Below, piece by piece: positions 23,992 through 31,660 of a DNA stretch of 44,531 nt. The stretch is from Candidatus Stercoripulliclostridium sp. Lineage in GTDB: Bacteria; Bacillota; Clostridia; Christensenellales; DTU072. Below the pieces are notes generated by a model. The model worked only from the letters and a program-made list of their open reading frames with translations, did not search any database and was not told the DNA's origin. The stretch spans positions 1 through 44,531 of the forward strand of contig JAZNYA010000069.1 of assembly GCA_045594145.1 (NCBI GenBank), written 5' to 3'. The translations under genes were made by a program, and so were the position numbers. Each line of letters starts with the position of its first letter. Within the stretch, counting starts at the first letter, position 1.

Positions 23992-24906
23992 TTAATCCTT
24001 TTTAGCAATATATCTTTCGGCAAACGTGATAGGATTATAGCTGAGTTTGGATTTTCTCAGCCCTTCAATGCCCATATCTTCTTGTTTATTTATATATCTT
24101 ACGCCACTGGCAAAGTGCTTTTTACAGAAAGCATTGTCAAGCAGGGGATATATTCCTTTGTATTCTATGTCGCCCTTTTCAAAGTATATGGCACCTATAC
24201 CACTTGGTAAAATTTCACCCAAGGCAAAGCCAATAATTTTGCCGTCTTCTATTGTTAGTACGTCGGCAAAGCAGTTGTATGCGTCAAGGTCGTCAAGAAC
24301 GGCGTTAAGAGCTTTAATTTCCGGGTCGTTTAGTATTTTTTCACGAATTTTGTGCAAGTGCCAGCCTTCTTTTATGGAAAAATCAACGCCATTATCTATG
24401 TGGAGATAACTCCATTTGAAAAGTAGCTCGTTTAGATTTTCACGGTCGCTTGGTTCATAAGTGCGGAATTCATAAGGAAGGGAGAATCCGTTTATGAAGT
24501 TACGTTTAGCGTGATATTTTTTGCCCTTTAGCTCAATTAGGTTTTCGGGCAGATATAAGTATTCGAAGTAATCTCTGGATGGGGTTATGGAGTAGCCCAA
24601 ACTTTCGTAGACTGCCAGCTGGTCTTCGTTGACGTTTGCAAAAGATTCGGCATCATAGCTTTCCGCTATTCCTATGGCTTTTATTAGGGCTTGCTCGCTT
24701 GTTGCAAGCGGAGACCAGTTGAGAACTTTATTGTTTTCTACCGTACCACGAAAGAGAGCGTAATCTTCGCCTACTTCAACTAGCGGATTTTTATCCTTAA
24801 ACCAACCTAAGATGGTGGTTTTAGCGTAAGAAGTATCCTTAGTGCCACTTGCACCAAGGATACTATAAATACGGTCTAAATCTTCTTTTGTGGGAGTGTG
24901 TAACAT
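23992..24906 (-). CDS. Stand-alone DUF2156 domain protein (related to the C-terminal aminoacyl-phosphatidylglycerol synthase domain of MprF/LysX)
   Basis: The ORF is 304 aa and soluble. The central KGKKYHAKRNFINGF motif and the size match my recollection of DUF2156. No TM segments are present. There is a TAATG overlap with the upstream PRT gene. Confidence 0.55.
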   Translation of the reverse strand: MLHTPTKEDLDRIYSILGASGTKDTSYAKTTILGWFKDKNPLVEVGEDYALFRGTVENNKVLNWSPLATSEQALIKAIGIAESYDAESFANVNEDQLAVYESLGYSITPSRDYFEYLYLPENLIELKGKKYHAKRNFINGFSLPYEFRTYEPSDRENLNELLFKWSYLHIDNGVDFSIKEGWHLHKIREKILNDPEIKALNAVLDDLDAYNCFADVLTIEDGKIIGFALGEILPSGIGAIYFEKGDIEYKGIYPLLDNAFCKKHFASGVRYINKQEDMGIEGLRKSKLSYNPITFAERYIAKKD

Positions 24907-25448
24907 TAGTCGGTTATGATGGGGATAGTTGCTAAAAACTTGACGTTATCACGGTCTTTAGCATCGCCTTCTGCTAGAACGAACAAACGGTCTACGATAA
25001 TACCGCCGGCTTTTTCTACCAAAAGTTCAAGCCCCTTTAAGCTACCGCCGGTGGATATTACGTCATCCACAATAGCGACCTTCTTGCCTTTGATGAGAGC
25101 TGTGTCGTGAGCGGAAAGATATAGGTGTTGTTCGCCTGCCGTGGTGATGGATTGGACTGCGACTTCTATGCCGTCTTGCATATAAAGTTTTTTGGATTTT
25201 CTTGCAACGGCATAAAACTTTTGGCCGAGTTCACGAGAAACGCAATGAGCGAGTTGCAAGCCCTTGCTTTCTGCCGTGATGACGACTTCTACGTCCTTGC
25301 TTGCGAGCTTGGCGAGTTCTTTACCGCAGTGTTCGGTTAACTCTTGTGCTCCGTGAAGGTTAAAGAAGCAAATCTTTATGTTACCTATTGGTAAAATAGG
25401 CAAATCATAGGAATATCCGTTCAAATCAACTTTATAAAAATCAGCCAT
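24906..25448 (-). CDS. Type I phosphoribosyltransferase (adenine/xanthine PRT-like)
   Basis: The ORF is 180 aa with the PRPP-binding loop VAIVDDVISTGGS and an AGGAGA RBS. Confidence 0.8.
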   Translation of the reverse strand: MADFYKVDLNGYSYDLPILPIGNIKICFFNLHGAQELTEHCGKELAKLASKDVEVVITAESKGLQLAHCVSRELGQKFYAVARKSKKLYMQDGIEVAVQSITTAGEQHLYLSAHDTALIKGKKVAIVDDVISTGGSLKGLELLVEKAGGIIVDRLFVLAEGDAKDRDNVKFLATIPIITD

Positions 25449-25456
25449 ATTTTCTC

Positions 25457-25747
25457 CTAAAATTCAAAATCTAAAGCAACGGAACCGGACCTGACTGCAT
25501 GCATGTGCGGTTTGACGACGGAGCAATGATAGGGGTCTTTTTGATAGCTTTCGAGTGCTTCTTTGCTATCAACGGTAACAATCAAAGCGACGTCATAGCT
25601 TCTTTCGGAGTGAAGGTAATCTATGCCTACTTCGATGGAGCGAAGTTCAGGCACGTTGCCTTGCATGGAAAGAAGGACTTCTTTTGCCTTAAGACAATTT
25701 TCGTAAGAATTGTCTTTTAACTTGAATAATACCATGTGTTTAACCAT
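25457..25747 (-). CDS. Dabb (stress-responsive alpha/beta barrel) family protein
   Basis: The ORF is 96 aa and starts MVKHMVLFKLKD, which is typical of the family. Confidence 0.75.
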   Translation of the reverse strand: MVKHMVLFKLKDNSYENCLKAKEVLLSMQGNVPELRSIEVGIDYLHSERSYDVALIVTVDSKEALESYQKDPYHCSVVKPHMHAVRSGSVALDFEF

Positions 25748-25751
25748 AACG

Positions 25752-27317
25752 TTAACCTTCCGTAATTTCTATATTTTCTGTTTTTTGTGCGGGAACTTTG
25801 CCGTAAAGTTCTTTGATGAGTGCTTCACGTTCTACTTTTTCTTCTTCGGTTATATCGGCAAGCTTGCCGTCACGATTAAGGTCGATGTAGTAACGCATAC
25901 GGGTAAGCTTTTGGTTATTAACCTTGAACTTGAAGGATGCGAACAAGGAGATTGCTATTAGAGCAGCGATTGCGATACCCATTAGTAGACGGATGGTGAG
26001 AAGAACGTTGTCGCCTTGAACGACGTATTCAGTAGCATTATCTTGTGAGATATAGCCAACGCCGGTTAGAACCCAACCGATGATACCTACGCCAAGAGCA
26101 CCGGAAACCTTTCTCGTTAAGGTCATCATGCCGGAATAGGAGCCGGTGGGACGTTTACCGGTTGCGAATTCTGCAACGTCAACGGTATCGGGGAAGATAA
26201 TCCAAGGCATCATTTGAGCACCACCAAATCCAAGGCCCATTAGGAAAGCGATGATGGGGATGATGATTGGGGGAGTCCAGCTGGGGTCCATAACTGCAAG
26301 GAGAATACCGCCTAGGATATAGAAGGGAAGACCAATGCGGAAAGCAAATTGCTTGGTTTTTTTGTCCATAGCGTATCTTACAATGGGGAAAGCGACTACG
26401 GCTGCAACCATTAAGGGAGCAACGATGAACATGCTGGAGAAATTCATGCCGAATAGTTGATATCCGTGCCAAACGTCAGTTGCATAGTATACTGCTAGAG
26501 CGGAGAGCATATCTGCACAGGTGAAAGCACTGGCGTACATGGTGATATGCCAAAGGAAAGACTTGTTTTTAAAGGGTATTGCATAGCCCTTGAAGAAGAC
26601 TTTAAGATTAAACTTTTCTTTGGGAGTGATGGGTTGGATTCTTTCTTTAACGCCGATAGCGGTAATTATTAGACCTACGCCGAAGAGAATACCGAATACT
26701 ACGGTTATAATAATCCAGAATTCCGTTGCGTTAATGGCGGGAAGGAAGGCTGCTTCGGGAGAAACGTAAGCTTCGAGTATTAGTAGGGGGATGACGTATG
26801 CAAGACCTGCACCTGCTGCACTAAATACGAGTTTTACGGTATTAGCGTCGTTTCTTGCTCTAAACGAAGGAGAAATATCGCTTGCGAGAGAGCAATAAGG
26901 AACTTGTGAAAGGGTTGAGAAAGTGTTCCATAGTAGGTACATAACGGTCATATAAGCAACCATGCCGGCAGGGTCCATGCCCCATTCTTTGATGGGAGCA
27001 AAAAGTAGGAACAAACCGAAGATTATGCTTATACCGCCAAAGAACATATAGGGTTTACGTCTACCATATTTTGAGCGGGTATTATCGGAAATAAATCCCA
27101 TTAGCGGGTCGCTTATTGCGTCCCAAATTTTAGCAACCATCATGATGGTAGAAGCGATAGCTGCTTCTATGCCGAGAGAAGTCATGTATTTGAGCATGAC
27201 GCAAGCCATAAGGGCGACACCGCCACCATCCATAAAAGCACCTACACCATAGGCTAACTGCTCTTTAAAAGGAATAGCATCGGGGTCAACTACCACGTTA
27301 GTGTTTTGTTTTGCCAT
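25752..27317 (-). CDS. Glycoside-pentoside-hexuronide (GPH):cation symporter family permease
   Basis: The ORF is 521 aa and polytopic. It has the GPH signature DAISDPLMGFISDNTRSKYGRRKPY and an AAGGAGA RBS. Confidence 0.85.
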   Translation of the reverse strand: MAKQNTNVVVDPDAIPFKEQLAYGVGAFMDGGGVALMACVMLKYMTSLGIEAAIASTIMMVAKIWDAISDPLMGFISDNTRSKYGRRKPYMFFGGISIIFGLFLLFAPIKEWGMDPAGMVAYMTVMYLLWNTFSTLSQVPYCSLASDISPSFRARNDANTVKLVFSAAGAGLAYVIPLLILEAYVSPEAAFLPAINATEFWIIITVVFGILFGVGLIITAIGVKERIQPITPKEKFNLKVFFKGYAIPFKNKSFLWHITMYASAFTCADMLSALAVYYATDVWHGYQLFGMNFSSMFIVAPLMVAAVVAFPIVRYAMDKKTKQFAFRIGLPFYILGGILLAVMDPSWTPPIIIPIIAFLMGLGFGGAQMMPWIIFPDTVDVAEFATGKRPTGSYSGMMTLTRKVSGALGVGIIGWVLTGVGYISQDNATEYVVQGDNVLLTIRLLMGIAIAALIAISLFASFKFKVNNQKLTRMRYYIDLNRDGKLADITEEEKVEREALIKELYGKVPAQKTENIEITEG

Positions 27318-27336
27318 AGTCTTTCTCCTTCTGGAA

Positions 27337-27366
27337 ATGCACGTACGTGCGTGTATTGCGTGTATT
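27337..27366. promoter_or_regulatory. Alternating purine-pyrimidine tract with the 12-bp palindrome GCACGTACGTGC plus tandem GCGTGTATT x2, in the predicted leader of the GPH operon
   Basis: Checked base by base. The palindrome is at 27339-27350. The alternating run covers 27337-27356, then 27357-27365. The direct repeats are at 27349-27357 and 27358-27366. Confidence 0.4.
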
Positions 27367-27382
27367 TAATATAATTAAATAT

Positions 27383-27411
27383 ATGATACTACAAAAAAAC
27401 TATCTTGACAA
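27383..27411 (-). promoter_or_regulatory. Sigma-A-type promoter for the long minus-strand operon starting with the GPH permease
   Basis: The minus strand reads TTGTCA (27406-27411), a 17-nt spacer, then TATCAT (27383-27388). Confidence 0.55.
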
Positions 27412-27440
27412 GAGTTTTTTTGCAAAGCAAAAAAGCGACG

Positions 27441-27462
27441 AAAAACCCCGCAAAAAGCGGGG
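27441..27462 (-). terminator. Rho-independent terminator of the PIG-L deacetylase gene
   Basis: The minus strand reads CCCCGC-TTTTT-GCGGGG followed by TTTTT. Confidence 0.8.
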
Positions 27463-27495
27463 CTTATGGTAAAACGCAAATTAATGGGCTAAAAA

Positions 27496-28275
27496 CTATA
27501 TTTTTTCTGCACAGCAATGGGTGTGAGTGTTGCCAAGAGCACGGAATCCGTCCGCCCTGCCTTTTAGCTTTTTAACACCGAATCTTATGGAGCGAACGTG
27601 GTTATAAAGCATGATGAAATCGCCGTCGCCGTTTCCTTTTTCATTAAATGCCATTTGGGACGTGAAGAGCTTAAGGGCTTCCTTTTGTCTCTTTAAGTGC
27701 TTGGCACCCGTTTTAAAATAGGTGTTGGGGCTATCGGTATAGTAGAAGGCGAGAAGGGAAGGGGAAGCGGGGGTGGTATCGGCATATTCCTTTGCATAAG
27801 GAGCGTTGCCGGCAATAAGGTATGCACTGGCAGATGCTTTTCCTACGTTCAAGTGGTCTACGTGGCACTCCGTTAAAAGATTGGGGTCGGGAGCAAAAAC
27901 GGCTTCCGGTTTAATTTCTATAATCTTTTTTGCAATGGCTTGCATAAGCTCGGTTTGGTCGTATAGTCCGCAATCGCTAAAGGGAAGGAAATGTACGTCT
28001 TTTACGCCTAGATAGTTTGCTGCAGCAATGGCTTCTTCTTGGCGAGTTTTAATAAGGTCTTCCTTTACGTAATCGGCAGTAGGGGAACCATAACAGCCGT
28101 CTGTGGCTATCAAATACGTAACTTTCTTACCCATTTCTACAAGGCGAGAAACGGTGGCTCCGGCACCTACTTCTATGTCGTCGGGATGGGGACCAATGAA
28201 TAGATATTCTTTGAAAGCATCTATCTTTGGGATGGGAACAATAAACTTTTTAAGTATCCAAGTTATAAGTGACAT
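27496..28275 (-). CDS. PIG-L/LmbE-family N-acetylglucosaminyl deacetylase
   Basis: The ORF is 259 aa with GPHPDDIEVGAGATV and HVDH motifs and an AAGGAG RBS. Confidence 0.85.
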   Translation of the reverse strand: MSLITWILKKFIVPIPKIDAFKEYLFIGPHPDDIEVGAGATVSRLVEMGKKVTYLIATDGCYGSPTADYVKEDLIKTRQEEAIAAANYLGVKDVHFLPFSDCGLYDQTELMQAIAKKIIEIKPEAVFAPDPNLLTECHVDHLNVGKASASAYLIAGNAPYAKEYADTTPASPSLLAFYYTDSPNTYFKTGAKHLKRQKEALKLFTSQMAFNEKGNGDGDFIMLYNHVRSIRFGVKKLKGRADGFRALGNTHTHCCAEKI

Positions 28276-28291
28276 AGTTATCTCCTTGATT

Positions 28292-28317
28292 AAAAAGAAA
28301 GGGAGCAGTTTGCTCCC
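28292..28317 (-). terminator. Rho-independent terminator after the lipoprotein gene
   Basis: The minus strand reads GGGAGCA-AAC-TGCTCCC followed by TTTCTTTTT. Confidence 0.8.
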
Positions 28318-28323
28318 TTAACG

Positions 28324-29175
28324 TTATTTGGGTTGGGGTACGGTGAACTTGGGGCCGGTATAAACTATTTCTAGTTTGTAGCTTTCATATTCGAGAGCAA
28401 GAATACCTTGGGTGTTGCTTTCCGATGCACCGGGGTCGTTTTGATAAACGATGATAGCGGCGATTCTGTCATAAGACATTTCGATGGTCATATATTTGCC
28501 TTCGAGTACGCTCTTGTGGCCGTTTGCGTTTTTGTAGGCTTCTGCGTATGCGTCGCTAACTTTGCAGGTGATGGTAACAACGTTACCTTTCTTTTCTACC
28601 TTGCCGTTTTGGAACTCATCGATGAGAAGGTCTTCTCTCTTGAGAGACTTTAGTTCCTTGAGCTTTTCTTCTAGGGTATATTCTTTGAACTTGTCGCTTA
28701 GTACGTAATCTTCGGCAACCATAGATTCAAAAGCATAAGCATCGGTGTTGGTAAGAAGGGTAGTGCCGTTTTTGTCGCCACGAGTAGCAAGATAGGAATT
28801 GCCGTTTTCTGCGTAACCGCAGTATTGCTCGTAAACGAGTTTGCCGTCGTAGGACTTGTTTACTCTTGCCTTAAGGTCTTCATAATCGTATTCGCCTGCA
28901 CCTTCTTTTACGAAGTTGTAGTCACGGTCGATGGCACAAAGAACGTTTACGGTGGTGGTTTCTACTAGGTTGGTGATGCCTTCACGTGGAGTAGAAACGT
29001 TCTCTTTCCAATAGAAAATATGAGCATTGTTATCATGCAAAGTATTTTCTATTGCTTTTTGCATTAGCTCGTAACCTTCGTCACCGCTGAGTGATTGACA
29101 ACCGCTCAAAAGGCAAGTGCAAAGCATTACTGCAAGTAGGGATAGGCAAAGAATCAATTTAATATACTTTCTCAT
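28324..29175 (-). CDS. Lipoprotein of unknown function
   Basis: The ORF is 283 aa. The signal peptide carries the lipobox LLSGC. The start overlaps the stop of the upstream permease by 1 nt (TAATG). Confidence 0.8.
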   Translation of the reverse strand: MRKYIKLILCLSLLAVMLCTCLLSGCQSLSGDEGYELMQKAIENTLHDNNAHIFYWKENVSTPREGITNLVETTTVNVLCAIDRDYNFVKEGAGEYDYEDLKARVNKSYDGKLVYEQYCGYAENGNSYLATRGDKNGTTLLTNTDAYAFESMVAEDYVLSDKFKEYTLEEKLKELKSLKREDLLIDEFQNGKVEKKGNVVTITCKVSDAYAEAYKNANGHKSVLEGKYMTIEMSYDRIAAIIVYQNDPGASESNTQGILALEYESYKLEIVYTGPKFTVPQPK

Positions 29176-31571
29176 TATTCGTTTTCTCCTTCGTCTACGG
29201 TGGATGCGACTTCTTCTACTACCGGAGCTTCAGTTTTTTGGGCTTTAGCTTGTTTCTTTTCTTCTGCTTTTTGTCTACGAGCAAGAATTCTAGCTTGTTT
29301 TTCGGGAGAGAAGGACTCGAAGCGAGCTTGTTTTGCTTCTATGAGTTCTTGTTTTCTACGTTCACGCTCTTCTTCTTCCTTGCGAGTTAGCTCTTCGTCT
29401 TTACGCTTGATTTCGGCAAGAGCTTCTTCATACATTGCTTCGATTTCCGAATAGTAACGTCTGTTTTCGGATTCGGCTAGAAGTTCGAGCTTGATATTGT
29501 AGTAGTTGAATACTTGGTTGAACTTAATGAGAGCTTTTTCTGCAACGTCGATAGCCTTATCACGAGCCTTGATGGCATCTTTATCTTTGATGTCTTCAAC
29601 CACGATAGCGTGAGCTTGTTCGACTTTTTCATATAGGTTTTCGGGGATATTGTCGCCATAAACCTTTTTAATTTCTGCTATCATCTTGTTATAACGCTTA
29701 ATTTCCTTGTTGTATAGAGCGTTAAGTTTCTTATCTTCGGGAGCGGCAATGTGGAAATCTTCAAATGAAATCTTGCAGATTTCATAAGGAGTATACTCCT
29801 TAATTGCTTTTGCGATTTCGAGTAGAAGAGCGTTCTTGGGAACTTCGAACTTGTTTTCTTCCTTAAGATAGATTTCTCTGTATGCTTCTTTGTTTTCCTT
29901 TAGGCGTTTTGCAGCTTGGTGAGCCTTGGTTGCAGCCTTGATGGCGTCCTTTCTATAAGCTTTTTCTTCGGGAGTGCCGGCTCTTATTGCGAAGGCGTTC
30001 TTTATAGCTTCACGAGAAGCCTTAAGGTCGGGCTCTTCTGCGTTGATGATTTCCATAATCTTTTTATGGCTTTCTACCGTTTCTACTATTTGCTCGGGAG
30101 TTATATTACCGCTAGCATAGTCGGCAAATGCAGCTCTTCTTCTTAGGATTTGGACTATCATCGTGTGCTTTTCACGGCTTAGGCGATAGAAGAAGAAGGG
30201 GACTAGGTTGAGTATGGAGCCTACTATGGATAGTATGCAGAGCATATTGAACATATCGTTACGAACTTGCGGGTCGTAAAGAATGTCGTAATTGGAAGTG
30301 ATGCCCATCGATTCATAAACGAAGGGGATTACCAGACCGGTTAGAAGGGTGATGGGGGTGGTGATGGTTGCTGCTGCACCAAGGATGAAGTCAACACGCT
30401 TGCCGGTAAGGAATTGTTGGTAGTCTTTAACTTCTGCGTTCAAAACGGGGTCATAAACGAGTTGTAGTTGGTTGAATACTGCGTTTATGTACATGCAGAT
30501 GAAGAACAAGAAGGGATTCTTGTAGGAGAGTACCATTAGGGAGATGAAGAAGATGTTGCTTACGTTGTGGAAGAGTAGGATACCACGGTTTCCGAGCTTA
30601 CGCAGTAGCATGGGGGTGATGACCATTGCGATAGTGGAAGCCGTACCATAAATGGTGGTAAGAAGGCTGTATTGAACCATGTCTTGCGTGCCATAAATAT
30701 ACATCCAGCCGAATATGACGCTAAATGAGCTTTCCAGGAAGCCGATGATGGTAGCGATGTTCTTAATCCACCAATATTTATTTTTATAAACGCCTACCAT
30801 ACCTTCTATTAGGCCGACCTTTTGGGTGTAGGATTTGGAAGTTATAACACGTTCCTTACATCCGAAAGCGGTAAGCAAGTTAAGGCCTACGCCGGCGATT
30901 GCGAAAGATGCGATAACGTAGCGATAGGTTGCTATATTCGTATAAGTAAGACCCGTCCAATTCAAAATCAATGGGGTGATGAAGTTGTAGATGGTGGGTG
31001 CAAAAGATGCGATAAGAATACTTATGGTAAGAAGTCTTGCACGTTCGTTAGAGTTTGGCGTAATAACGCTACCTAGTTCCGTGTATGAATCGGTAAACAT
31101 GGGTTGGAACATAGCTAGTGCCGTCGAGAAGAAGAACGTACAAATGAGCTTGTCGTTATAGGTCATGCGGTCGAAAGGCAAGAAAAGGAATGCGAGTGCA
31201 ACCGCAACGAGCGGGAAGCCCATGAAGGCAATATACGGACGGAATTTACCCATGCGGGTTCTGGTATTATCAACGATTTTACCACGGAACATGGCGAAGA
31301 ATATGCCGAGAATGGTTTGAATAATTGCCATGTATTGAAGGTGTAGTGGGCGAATACCGATGGTGGAACCAAGCAAAGTATTGCTTGCAGAAAGAGCCAT
31401 GTAGGTGAGAAGATAGATAACCATGTTTCTTCCCATACCGCCGACTGCGTAGTTGATGAGTTCTTTATATGGAACGTGATTTCCCTTTGCGGGACGATTC
31501 CAATGTAGAACGATTTCATCATAAACGCCGATTACTTTAGTTTTGATTGTTTCAATAAATTGCATAGGCAA
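29175..31571 (-). CDS. GPH/MFS-type permease fused to a roughly 330-aa Lys/Glu-rich helical (coiled-coil-like) cytoplasmic C-terminal extension
   Basis: The ORF is 798 aa. The N-terminal roughly 470 aa is polytopic and carries the GPH-like motif KIVDNTRTRMGKFRPY. From about nt 30175 down to 29178 the sequence is hydrophilic and charged (for example ...EEERERRKQELIEAKQARFESF...KAEEKKQAKAQK). A GGAGA RBS is present. Confidence 0.8.
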   Translation of the reverse strand: MPMQFIETIKTKVIGVYDEIVLHWNRPAKGNHVPYKELINYAVGGMGRNMVIYLLTYMALSASNTLLGSTIGIRPLHLQYMAIIQTILGIFFAMFRGKIVDNTRTRMGKFRPYIAFMGFPLVAVALAFLFLPFDRMTYNDKLICTFFFSTALAMFQPMFTDSYTELGSVITPNSNERARLLTISILIASFAPTIYNFITPLILNWTGLTYTNIATYRYVIASFAIAGVGLNLLTAFGCKERVITSKSYTQKVGLIEGMVGVYKNKYWWIKNIATIIGFLESSFSVIFGWMYIYGTQDMVQYSLLTTIYGTASTIAMVITPMLLRKLGNRGILLFHNVSNIFFISLMVLSYKNPFLFFICMYINAVFNQLQLVYDPVLNAEVKDYQQFLTGKRVDFILGAAATITTPITLLTGLVIPFVYESMGITSNYDILYDPQVRNDMFNMLCILSIVGSILNLVPFFFYRLSREKHTMIVQILRRRAAFADYASGNITPEQIVETVESHKKIMEIINAEEPDLKASREAIKNAFAIRAGTPEEKAYRKDAIKAATKAHQAAKRLKENKEAYREIYLKEENKFEVPKNALLLEIAKAIKEYTPYEICKISFEDFHIAAPEDKKLNALYNKEIKRYNKMIAEIKKVYGDNIPENLYEKVEQAHAIVVEDIKDKDAIKARDKAIDVAEKALIKFNQVFNYYNIKLELLAESENRRYYSEIEAMYEEALAEIKRKDEELTRKEEEERERRKQELIEAKQARFESFSPEKQARILARRQKAEEKKQAKAQKTEAPVVEEVASTVDEGENE

Positions 31572-31595
31572 ACATCTCCAATTATACTATTTGAT

Positions 31596-31624
31596 AGTAT
31601 AACACAGAAAAACGACAAAAGCAA
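31596..31624 (-). promoter_or_regulatory. Sigma-A-type promoter for the permease-lipoprotein unit
   Basis: The minus strand reads TTGCTT (31619-31624), a 17-nt spacer, then TGtTATACT (-10 at 31596-31601). Confidence 0.5.
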
Positions 31625-31660
31625 TAGCTTTTTTATATACGCCTACGCACCTACGTACTT

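Noticed and set aside
31642-31657. Tandem CCTACGCA/CCTACGTA 8-mers between gerC and the permease promoter, considered as a terminator hairpin for the ger operon.
   Set aside because: The two units are direct repeats, not inverted, so no stem can form. They are noted only as another instance of the ACG-rich intergenic vocabulary.
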